This document shows, piece by piece, positions 22,452 to 32,308 of a stretch of 64,000 nt of DNA (its first letter is position 1; every line of letters starts with the position of its first letter). The stretch comes from Paraspadella gotoi (Eukaryota; Animalia; Chaetognatha): the NCBI GenBank assembly GCA_051294375.1, contig CM119269.1:9484782-9548781 (forward strand). The letters are read 5' to 3'. The translations under genes and the position numbers were made by a program. Below the pieces are notes generated by a model. It did no database searches and was not told the DNA's origin. It worked only from the letters and a program-made list of their open reading frames with translations.

Positions 22452-25400
22452 AAAGCAAAAAATTTTTTAAACAATACATTTAGCAATGACAACAGAGATA
22501 AAATGCATGAAATCTAAACATAAACTGAAATTAATGTTAACAATAGAAATTAATAAGTTAGTAGAATAAAGTGAAATTTGAAATAGAAAATAAGTGGTGA
22601 GGGATAGATAAGTGAAGAAAAGTGAAAGTAAGTAAAAGAAAGAGCTCAAAATGAGCAGGGGAAGCAGGGGATATCCAGTGCAGTGACGACCCGTGGCTCC
22701 TTACGTGAGCAATTGGTGAAACCGAAAGACAAAATCCCCAGACCGAAAACATCAGGAGCCGTCTACTGGGCAGCCTGTGCAGGGAAGGGCAACCAACCCT
22801 GCACAGCAGCATACGTGGGCGAGACAGGAAAGTCTCTGACAGATCGGTTCAAGCAGCACACAAAGCCATATCGGGACCCACGTGGTCATTACTTATCGGC
22901 CATTGCGAGCACACGGCAAATTCTGGCCATCTGTTCAGAGAAACTGACTGTCTCGTGCTGTCCCATGACCAAAACTGGTTTTCTAGAGGTATTAGAGAGG
23001 CAATCTACATCAAAGCTCTCAAACCCTCTCTGAACCGTGATGGAGGACGATTCGACCTCCCTCCAAGCTATGATTCGCTCATCCAAATGGTGGTGGAACG
23101 CCCAGAGCCACCCCCACGCACAATGATTCCCCTGTTCCCACTCAACGGATCAGGCGGAGGCCTCTCAGCAGGCAATGGACGTCCGATACCTTTCCTGAAC
23201 CTGTAGCAACTTGGCGCGACTCTCCTCGCGCTGAGCATCGCCCAAAACGACGGCTACAGGAGGAGGGAGAGAGTCTGTATCTCCTGCAGCAAAACAGGCC
23301 AGAACAGGCAACTGCCTGCCTCACCGTCAGGGGAGAGGAGGGCTGTTGGCAGGCTTATCAGGCCAAAGGGATATACGAGTAGCACTTGGCATTTTCCAAG
23401 CGGATCTCTTCCGGATCCAAGCATATCAAACTCTACAAGTATACCCTCGCAACCTATGACAGGCCAATGACCCGACTTTATCGTCAACGTCCTCCCATTT
23501 GCCCGGCCGGGGGGGGGCCAGCTCATTTTTGAGCTCTTTCTTTTACTTACTTTCACTTTTCTTCACTTATCTATCCCCACCACTTATTTTCTATTTCAAA
23601 TTTCACTTTATTCTACTAACTTATTATTTCTATTGTTAACATTAATTTCAGTTTATGTTTAGATTTCATGCATTTTATCTCTGTTGTACATTGCTAAATG
23701 TATGTTTAAAAAATTTTTTGCTTTGCTCTCTCTCTCTCTCTCTCTCCCACTCTCATTTCATTTTTCAAAGACTTACTTCTTCCCTCTCCTCACCTTCAGC
23801 TGTCCTCAGATCTGACCACTGTCCCTTACCTTATTCTTTGTTGGAAACTCTCCCTCAATTTCTCTCTCTCTCTTTCTCTCTCTCAAAACTTACTTCAACA
23901 GAGACAAAATATTGATTGTCAAACACTGATGAAGGCTCTAAATGAATGAGCCGAAACATGTCTGACTAAATTGTGTCAAATAAATCGTTTGTCAAACAAA
24001 AACTGTTTTTTCCTAATATTCTTTATTAAATTTATGAAATTTAAATACTATACTACTATTATCTTTTAATATTTTCTTTTCTTTTCTTATGAACTATGTA
24101 ATATCACAGAACAAATCCGTGGTCAATTTTGTTACAGGGTCCTGAAATGTTATTATCTGTTAATCGGGATGGAGTTAGGAGTTAGGAGTTAGGGACAAGG
24201 GAGCTTATTAATCAAATTAGTAAATACGTTAATATTGCTAGTACCAATTTCTTATTATAAAATGAAATGACTACAAAGGTAATGAGACTGATATCTATCA
24301 TTACTTGGAGTAAATGATGGTGAGAACTAAGATGGGGGCGAAGTAGAAGAAGACAGAGTTGACGATGATGTAGAGAGTGATGGAGCTGGGGTCGATGTCC
24401 ACGTCGCAGGTGAGTGACTCGGGAAGGGTCGTGTTGAGGACGGGATGCTTCACCTGGAGTATTTCCAATTTTCAATCTCAGATTTAAAAAAATTAGCGGG
24501 ATTTAAAAATTGTCAATGTCTCCTGAGGCGAAGTAAAAGTAATACTTTATCTTTGGCTTTGGCTAAACTCTAAGTTCTTAACCATAAACCCTATTTTCTC
24601 ATTTTCTCATACTTCTTTTAATTTGAAAACATTTGTATTTTCAATTATTTTTTACTTCTCTTCGAACAGTATTGTTCCAGTGAAAAATAATTTCTCCCAT
24701 TTCTTTCATCAATAAATAAAAATACTTACCTTTTCAATGAGACGGACTCGGGTAGTGACTGGTAAGGCGCTGCCGGCGCTGATCAACCAAATGAAGATGA
24801 TGGCCACGCGAATTCTGACAATCTGAACGAAATTCATCAAACTGTTAATTTTTAATGAATAAATTAAAAATAAATGACAAAATTAGGATTCGACTTTTGT
24901 AAAAAAAAACGAATAAAACCTCGAAAATTCATAATTGCAAATATGACGACTAGAGACTAGCGCACTAGAGAAACTACTTAAGAGATTTATTTCAACGTAT
25001 CAGATATCGTTAAATATATTAACTTTTAAAAAGGATATTTTGGAGACTCATCTCTCATCTGCGATAAATAAATACACCAACGTCGCTAAGAAACCATAAA
25101 CCTGAAAAAAAATATAGCGAGCTCAAAAATTCAACGAAAAAACACTTTCGTGAATAAAGATTTGTCACTTTTACGTCATTATTACGGCCGCATCTCACCT
25201 TGTTCATTGAATGAGCGCGCATCGGATGGCAGATTGCGAGATATCTCTCCAGCGAGAAAAGAGTTATCGTCAGAATAGAAGCACAAGACGAGACCTCCTG
25301 CAAATAGACAGCGGGATGTGGAGGGGGGGTTTGAAGAGTTAGAGAGGGGTAAGGAAGGAGGTTAGAAGGTGTGGAGAGAGATGTAAGAGTCGAAGGTTTG

Positions 25401-26105
25401 CAACGGAGTTGGAGGTTAATTTGGGATGGAGCGGGATGTTAAAGATTGAGTGGGTTGTGCATCGGGCAACAAAAAAAGATTAGAGCCTTAAGCATCCAGC
25501 AAGGTAGGGGGGGCGAAGCTGTCGCTGATGGCGTTTTGTCGGCTAGACATTCGTCTTCTCTCTTGGGGGGAAGCGGGGGCGTGAAAGGTCTGACGATTTA
25601 TGTCATTGAAGGAAATTTTGACTAAAAAAGAGATAGAGACAGAAAAAAAGAAGCATCTGCAATGTTTTCAAACGAAGGCTCCTTGTGACTGCAAATTTCA
25701 ATATCATTGATGGATGGTATTGGTCTGTACCGATGTTCGTTTGCTTGGTTGTTTGCTTGGTTTGTCGTCAATCAAATATTCTGTTTTAAATGTAAGAATT
25801 TTCGTTGCAGGAGGTGGCGTCGTCGTCCTTGTCGTCGTCGTCTTCGTCTTCGTCCTTTTAGTCTCAACTCTCAAGCCCGAAAAAGTTGTTGATATAAAAG
25901 TTTTGTTGTTTTTGTTGTTGTTGTTGTTGTTGTCTTCTTGGCTCTCACGAATTTCTTTTAAGATCGTTCAAGCAAAAACCTTTTTGATGCTTTGGAAAAA
26001 TAACGTTAAGGTTTTCAAAAGTTTAATTTAAATATAATTTTATAAGAGTGAAACTGAAAGTGTAATCTTCTAAAAAAATTTAAAAGTGGTAGGAGGAAGA
26101 AAGAA

Positions 26106-26168
<63 letters not shown>

Positions 26169-26564
26169 CTGCAGGAAAATTATTTTCAAACGAATGAGTT
26201 CAGACAGAAGAGGATTTAAATCGCAAAGCTCCTGAGAATCGTCGTCGATCAACGGGTTAATCGACACTATCTAATATCTATCTATCTGTTCCTTAAATCA
26301 AAAATCACTTTGGATTTACTACGTGACCGCCAAGCCTTAAAGTCGGTCGGTCCATCTCCTACTTCCCCGCCCTCGAGTATCAAGAGTTTGGAGTTAATGA
26401 AAATCTGCTTGGTTTGAGACTCGCAGAATATACGATTCCACTTGGCAGAGAGACAGGCGATGCTTGGCGATGGTAATGCTTTCTGGAAACGGATTTCTAG
26501 TTGGCGCTTGTTGAATGGAAATTAAGTGTGAAGTGTGTGGAGAGAGAGAGAGAGAGAGAGAGGA

Positions 26565-26621
<57 letters not shown>

Positions 26622-26862
26622 TATCATTGCCCACATGAGCGAACTTGAAAAAGACGCAATACTCAAGTTCGAAACACACAAGGCCACGCCTCCCAGACTT
26701 GATAGAAATAGAAAAAAGAAAAAAATAGAGAGAGAGAGAGAAAGAGAAAGAGAGAGAGGAGACATAAATATCATTGCCCACCTGAGCAAACTTGAAAAAG
26801 ACGCAATACTCTAGTCTGAAAGGCCAAGGCCACGCCTCCTAGACTTGATAAAATAGAAAAAG

Positions 26863-26906
<44 letters not shown>

Positions 26907-27151
26907 CACATAAATATCATTGCCCTATCTGAGCAAACTTGAAAAAGACGCAATACTCTAGTCTGAAAGGCCAAGGCCACGCCTTCTAGACTTGAAGAAA
27001 TAGAAAAAAGAAAAAATAGAGAGAGAGAGAGAAAGAGAAAGAGAGAGAGGGACATAAATATCATTGCCACCTGAGCAACTTGAAAAGAGCCATACTCTAG
27101 TCCGAAACACCAAGGCCACGCCTCCCACACTTGATAGTAAATAGAATAGAA

Positions 27152-27194
<43 letters not shown>

Positions 27195-27299
27195 CACATA
27201 AATATCATTGCCCACCTGAGCAACTTGAAAAAGACGCAATACTCTAGTCCGAAAGGCCAAGGCCACGCCTCCACACTTGATAGAAATAGAAAAAGAAAA

Positions 27300-27338
<39 letters not shown>

Positions 27339-28844
27339 AGGAGGAGAGAGGCACATAAATATCATTGCACCTGAGCAAACTTGAAAAGAACGCAATACTC
27401 TAGTCCGAAAGGCCAAGGCCACGCCTCCCAGACTTGATAGAGTTCTATAGGGAGGGGGAAGAGGAGGACGAGGAGATCTGCAATGGCCAGATTGACGAGG
27501 TAATAATTGGTCGCCGTCCGAAGGTAAGTTCGTTGGTGGATGACCACGCAGACGCAGAGGTTGCCAACGACTCCTGTTGGGGGAAATGGAAAAGAGGGTG
27601 AGTCTTGGTTTGGTCTATTTAGTTAAAAGACGATTAAAACGTCTTTACAAGCACAGGTATTATAATAAAATTAATCCATACTATCATTACAGGAATTGTA
27701 NNNNNNNNNNNNNNNNNNNNNNNNNNNNNNNNNNNNNNNNNNNNNNNNNNNNNNNNNNNNNNNNNNNNNNNNNNNNNNNNNNNNNNNNNNNNNNNNNNNN
27801 NNNNNNNNNNNNNNNNNNNNNNNNNNNNNNNNNNNNNNNNNNNNNNNNNNNNAACAATTTTTTTTAAAATTTAAATTGACGTCTCTCTCTCTCTCATCTC
27901 TCTCTCCTCGTTCGATTAATCTTTCGCTTTCGTTGTCGCGTTAGCTAAAGGAAAAAGGATTAGCAAAGGAAAAGGATTAACAAGGGAAGGAGAGAGTAAC
28001 ACTATTAGCCAAGAAAAGGGAGATTAAGAAACCGAAAGGGGGGGAGACAGTTAATGGGCAAAAGACGCCGATCAGAGACTAAGAAATAAGTACCAAATTG
28101 GCACAACCAATATCAAATATTTGATGCTAGTGCAGAGTGCGGACCCGGTTTTATATTTAACTTCAACACAATCAAAACAGTTGATAGAAACATTATACAA
28201 CTTCATTGATAGAGAAGCCAAGTACTCTGCGAGTGAATAAACTAAACTTTGATTAAAATATTGCAGAATCCGCATATGTTATTACCTCATGTCACCGAGG
28301 CAGGTCCAAAGTCAGACAACATGATAGTTTATTCATTGAATAATATAAGAGTGATAATATATGATAAGTTAAGAGTAATAATAATGTAAGAGTGATGGAG
28401 GCCAGATAGCTTATTTATTAAATGAATGGATAATTTTAATATTGGTTGTACCAATTTCATATATAATAAAATATAATAATAATTCGACATTAGTTGTACC
28501 AATAATGCCAGACGTTTTAATAAGAAATACACTGTAATTGTAACTTACCCTCCATTCTCACCCAAACTGCAGTGAAACTCACGACGCCTTTTCTCATTTT
28601 ATTTTCAATATTGCAATATTAAAAATAGTCGGACGAATGCTTGCCAGGCGCGCTCCTGACAGCACTCTTACTCCCCCCTCCTTCCAGAGAACCAACCCGT
28701 GATAAGCAGGAGTGAGTAGATGAAGGTAAGTGCGAGTCCTTCGGGTAAGTCCTTCGATCGACTGTTGAGGATGTTGGCGACCACATCGAGGAGATCCTCC
28801 GCCGTCAAGTTGGACGAGTTGATGGAGGAAAGGGAGGTCGACAT
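10890..28844 (-). CDS. Rhodopsin-class neuropeptide GPCR of the PRXamide/neuromedin U/pyrokinin-CAPA receptor group, 415 aa; exons 28844-28697, 27573-27371, 25297-25199, 24822-24730, 24453-24305, 13457-13362, 11880-11719, 11421-11244, 11009-10890
   Basis: All introns are GT-AG and phase-consistent (1248 nt total). Motifs: GVVGNLCVC, LRTATNYYLVNLAIADLL, WPWPFG..YC, ASILTITLFSLERYLAICHP, VIKML...FFVCWTPYHAQRL, YLSGIFYYLNSTMNPIIYNLISAKFR. GCCATG start context. Confidence 0.93.
12430..13063. mobile_element. Foldback MITE with long imperfect TIRs
   Basis: CGCATACGCCCATATTTATACATA (12557-12580) is the exact reverse complement of 12929-12952; ATCAAAATTCGAATA / TATTCGAATTTTGAT pair further out. Confidence 0.7.
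13140..13352. repeat. ~60-bp CAA-rich minisatellite, about 3.5 copies, just inside GPCR intron 6
   Basis: Unit AACCAAAAAAAATCACAAGAGCAACAACCACAACAGCAACAACAACCACTAC repeats with a 60-bp period. Confidence 0.85.
14376..21506 (+). CDS. Astacin-family (M12A) zinc metalloprotease, 631 aa, with long pro-region and two C-terminal PLAC/ShKT-like Cys modules; exons 14376-14439, 14800-14871, 15142-15191, 15543-15819, 15908-16042, 16227-16298, 16395-16444, 16826-16935, 17036-17152, 18417-18537, 19163-19266, 19747-19912, 20181-20269, 20687-20951, 21303-21506
   Basis: LWTGGRVPY, WMEQTCVRF, GCWSYVGR, zinc motif HELGHVLGLDHEQNRKDRDDYV (from 19223), Met-turn YDYGSVMHY, VNQRYNC, then two C..CC..C modules. 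All 14 introns are GT-AG and phase-consistent (1896 nt). The N-terminal exons are less certain than the catalytic ones. Confidence 0.9.
14958..15068. repeat. Perfect 51-bp inverted repeat with 9-nt spacer
   Basis: 14958-15008 is the exact reverse complement of 15018-15068; spacer TACATGTTT. Confidence 0.95.
16558..16601 (-). ncRNA. Minimal hammerhead ribozyme motif in a PLE pLTR relic (astacin intron 7)
   Basis: Minus strand AUGCG-CUGAUGA-AGGUUUACAACAAGAGUC-GAAAC-AC-GUC-CGU; stem II relies on G-U pairs. Followed by AAATCGTTGTTTG...AAAAACTTGTTTTC, resembling the PLE 3' end at 23982-24012. Confidence 0.6.
17132..17510 (+). repeat. 31-bp minisatellite, about 12 diverged copies, seeded at the astacin exon 9 donor
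   Basis: Unit GATGGAACAGACCTGCGTCAG|GTGATTTAGA; the first copy is the real exon end plus 5' splice site. Confidence 0.9.
18560..18756 (-). mobile_element. tRNA-derived SINE
   Basis: Minus strand TGGCTTTGACAGCTAA (A-box-like), then CACTAACCGTGAGGTCCG-GGTTCAATCC (B box), followed by a non-tRNA GC-rich body. Confidence 0.6.
22193..22241 (-). ncRNA. Hammerhead ribozyme in the inverted pLTR
   Basis: Exact reverse complement of the motif at 23918-23966. Confidence 0.8.
22683..23085 (+). pseudogene. GIY-YIG endonuclease domain of the Penelope-like element; RT deleted, frameshift near 22905
   Basis: LVKPKDK..SGAVY..C..C..YVGETGKSL..RFKQH..SAIA/EH..SGH..NWFSRGIREAIYI..PSLNRDGGRFDL matches the PLE endonuclease pattern and is split over ORFs 22683-23033 and 22955-23206. 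Confidence 0.88.
23918..23966 (+). ncRNA. Minimal type I hammerhead ribozyme in the 3' pLTR
   Basis: CA-CUGAUGA(23926-23932)-A-GGCUC-UAAAUGAAU-GAGCC-GAAAC-AU-GUC-UG; predicted cleavage after C23962; palindromic ACAUGU stem III. Confidence 0.82.
26619..27440 (-). repeat. ~145-bp tandem repeat, 6 copies, of the GPCR exon 2 3' end plus donor plus (CT)n
   Basis: Each unit carries the VWEAWPWPFGLEYCVFFKFAQ-coding sequence, CAG|GTGGGCAATG and a CT/T tract. The copy ending at 27371 is contiguous with the full exon. Confidence 0.9.
27701..27852. other. Assembly gap (others at 28889-28898, 46806-46830, 47052-47076, 54704-55517)
   Basis: Runs of N. Confidence 1.
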
Positions 28845-29159
28845 GGCGGAGGCTGGGGCGCTTGAAGTTGATGAGAAAGATGGAGTAANNNNNNNNNNAT
28901 TTGTCAAAAGATTAGTTCCAAGTTGACATTAAACGTTGATTTTGATGGCATCGACGTGCGCTGGCATTTTGACGGCGTTTACTGGCATCAATTGATGTCG
29001 AGTGGCATAGATTTCTTGCGCCAGTCGTTGCTTTTTTAAGACAACAATGGCGGCGGTTCGCAACGTTAGGATCGATGGTTGACTTTAAACGACGAAAATC
29101 GATTAGCGAGTTATCGCCAACTGCTTTTAATGTGGGTTTACTTACTCTAGATGGAATCA

Positions 29160-29206
<47 letters not shown>

Positions 29207-29658
29207 TTATCTCGCCCCATTCTTATCTCTCTCTCTCTCTCATAAGATTCAAATACGTTTACTGTAATTTTTTTAAAACAAAATTTATTAAACGATCTCT
29301 GGTGATTTTCTCTCTTTTGTTTTCCAAATCCTAATCACGAAAGTCTTTTCATATGCTAATCATTGATGACGACGACGACGATGACGACGACAACAACAAC
29401 TATGTAAGAAAACTCTGAAGTTTTATTAATCAGGGAAAAAAATAATTAAAAAAATTGTCGAAATTTACTTTCGTCGCAAAAGCAAGAAGAGAAGGCGTAT
29501 TCTCATCATCGTCGTCGTCGTCGTCGTCGTCGTTATCGTCGTCGTCGTAAAACGAAAACGAGCTAATGGCGTCAGGGTGGCGTCGTCGTCGACGTCGTCG
29601 TCGTCGTCGACGTCGTCGTTTTCGAGAAAACTTGACGAACGCGAACGCGAGCGTCAAA

Positions 29659-29696
<38 letters not shown>

Positions 29697-29758
29697 TAAC
29701 GAAGATGATAACGACGACCAAGAAGACATTCAATTTATCTTATGATACAAAGAAGAAT

Positions 29759-29789
<31 letters not shown>

Positions 29790-30559
29790 ACCATGACGTG
29801 GAAATATAATCATCATAACTTCGATTAAGAAAAATCAAATCTTTTGAGGTTTCTTCCCAAGATCCTCTTTACCTGATAGATTTTTGGCAATTCACGCCGA
29901 AAAAGTTTTATTTTATGATTAGAATAAAACCAACTTCTAACAAAGATTATGGATGTGAAAGAAAGCAAAGATAACATAACTCTGAATCTGCAAGATGCAG
30001 AAAAAAAACATAAATACTTTCGAGACAAAAATAGAAAACATTTGCTTTGTTCTTTACTGAATTTTTTTCCTGATTGAAAAAAGTCAGTCTTTGGCGGTGG
30101 GCGGAGAATTCTGCAGATTCGAATCCTGTCTTAAACTGAATCGCTTGCAAGCGACAACGTCGTGCAATTTTATGCAAGCAAATAGACCAGACTTGTTAAT
30201 AACAACAACAACAACAACAACAAAGTCTAAGAAGCCAAAAGAAAACCGACATTCTGGTGTTTGGCTTGTGGAAGCAAAGGGAGGCGATGAGAAAGGAAAG
30301 GGAGGTTGTAGAGGAGAAGAGGAAAGGAAGGGAAGAGGAGAGAGAAAGGCAAACAAAAGTAATAAGGAGAAAGGAATTGGGGAAGAAGAAAAGGAAAAGA
30401 AATGGAAGGAAAGGGTAGATATATAATAAAGAGTCAGAAAATTGTGCAGAAAAATAAGAAAATTGAGAAAAGAGAAGACATGAAGACAAGAGTGGAGCAC
30501 TCAAGAACAAAAAATTAATTTGAATGATCGAACAATGATGTTTAGATGTGAGATAGTAT

Positions 30560-31050
30560 GATTAACTAGTACAAAAAATATTTTGTTCATATTATCTCGG
30601 GAACAGAATAGTAAAATATAATATATTTGTAGTAATATCCTTATAAAATAGTAAATTTTAAAAATAATTTTTATAAAACTTTTAATAAAGATTCAGATTC
30701 TTCATAAAAAGTTGAATAAAAAATATAAAACATGTTATCAAAAATTCTGTCATCTTCAATGTTTAAAATAAAAAAAAGTAAAAATTCCTAACTTTTTTAT
30801 TCTCTGTACTGTAGTAGAAACTTATATATGTTAAAACGTTTTAGTCATTTTTTGTGATCTAAACATTAAAATATCATATAACATATTTTATAAAAGTTTC
30901 TTAGTTTTTTACAGCGAATCCAAATCAGTTTTTAAAAATAAAAAAAAATTATTTTGAAATTTGACGATTTTATAAGGATATTGCTACATAAATAATTGAA
31001 TTTGCTATACTGTTATGCTAAAAAAAATTTTTAAAGGATTTAAAATTCAT
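30560..31050. mobile_element. AT-rich foldback MITE
   Basis: TGTAGTAATATCCTTATAAAAT (~30628) pairs with ATTTTATAAGGATATTGCTACA (~30967); imperfect pairing extends on both sides. Confidence 0.6.
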
Positions 31051-31407
31051 TAATTATATGTCCATAGGCAGCAAAAAAATAATGTTCAATCACTCAATAT
31101 TTTCATCACTCCACCCTAATGAAGACGTCAAATGAAAGGGGGGAAAATTTCGATATAAAAAGAAAAAAAAATGGAGAAGAAGAAAAATCTCTCTCTCTCT
31201 CACAGGATAATAAATCTCCGTGTTTACCTCCGCAAAGATTTCCGCCTTTCGTAGTTCCAGTCTCTCTCTCTCTCTCACTCTCAACGGCAACCAATCATTC
31301 TTGCTACGTTTCCAGTAAATTAGTTTTTGTCATCTTTGAACTCTCTCTCTCTCTCTCTCTCTCTCCCTCTCTTATCTTTTCTCTCTTTCTCTCCTCTCCT
31401 TCCTCTC

Positions 31408-31440
<33 letters not shown>

Positions 31441-31685
31441 GCTCTTCTCTCTCTCTTTCTCCTCTTTCTCTCTCTATTTCAACAGGTGAAATAAAAGCCG
31501 CAAGCCAACTCTTTGGTGTCAGAATCTTAGACCGGACATCAATCCTTAACATTTTACAAAAACTAATTAACAATTCTTTAATAAATGAGTCGAATGTTTA
31601 ATTTAGAATTCATGACTTATTATGTTCTTCTAAAATATTTTTTATATATTTGTTGAAATCTGGAGAGACGCAAAACTCTCTCTCT

Positions 31686-31746
<61 letters not shown>

Positions 31747-32059
31747 TTTGCTCTCGATTTCTGTTTTTTCGACACTGAAACTAATTGACACTGGAGAATA
31801 ACCAAAGCGCCAAAAAATAAATATACAACGAAATACTATATATATATACTAATATAAATAAAAAAATACCAAGAGTTTTAATAATCATTGAATGAATTCA
31901 TCGGCGAATGAACCCAGCGTGCCTAGGAGGACTACTCTTCTCCGTAGCGACCCGAGAGGGGCGAAGTAGAGGCGACTTTGTGGACACACGGCAAGTGTTC
32001 ATACACCAAAGAACAAATGACCAATCGAGAAATAAATAATTAAGAACCTTGATGAAGCC

Positions 32060-32292
32060 TACCATCGAATCACCAAGTCGACAAACGAATCACCAAGCCG
32101 ACCAACTAATAACCAAGTCTACACAAGAATCACCAAGCCGACAATCAAATCACCAAGCCGACAAACGATTCACCCAGACTACACAGGAATCACGAAGTCT
32201 ACAATCAAATAACCAAGTCGACAAAGGATTCATCAAGCCGACACACGCACAGCATTCACAAAGCCTACAATCGAATGACCAAGCCGACAAAC
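32060..32292 (+). repeat. Degenerate ~20-bp tandem repeat (AATCACCAAGCCGACA core)
   Basis: About 11 diverged units ending just upstream of ATG 32309. Confidence 0.75.
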
Positions 32293-32308
32293 TTCGCGTC
32301 CACTCGAC

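Larger units (their letters stand above)
22110..24013 (+). mobile_element. 5'-truncated Penelope-like retroelement (Penelope/Poseidon type) with inverted pseudo-LTRs and 15-bp TSD
   Basis: Arms 22141-22655 and 23521-24018 are near-identical inverted repeats of about 0.5 kb around a GIY-YIG coding remnant. TAATATTCTTTATTA is duplicated at 22095-22109 and 24014-24028. Each arm has a hammerhead motif. Confidence 0.9.
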
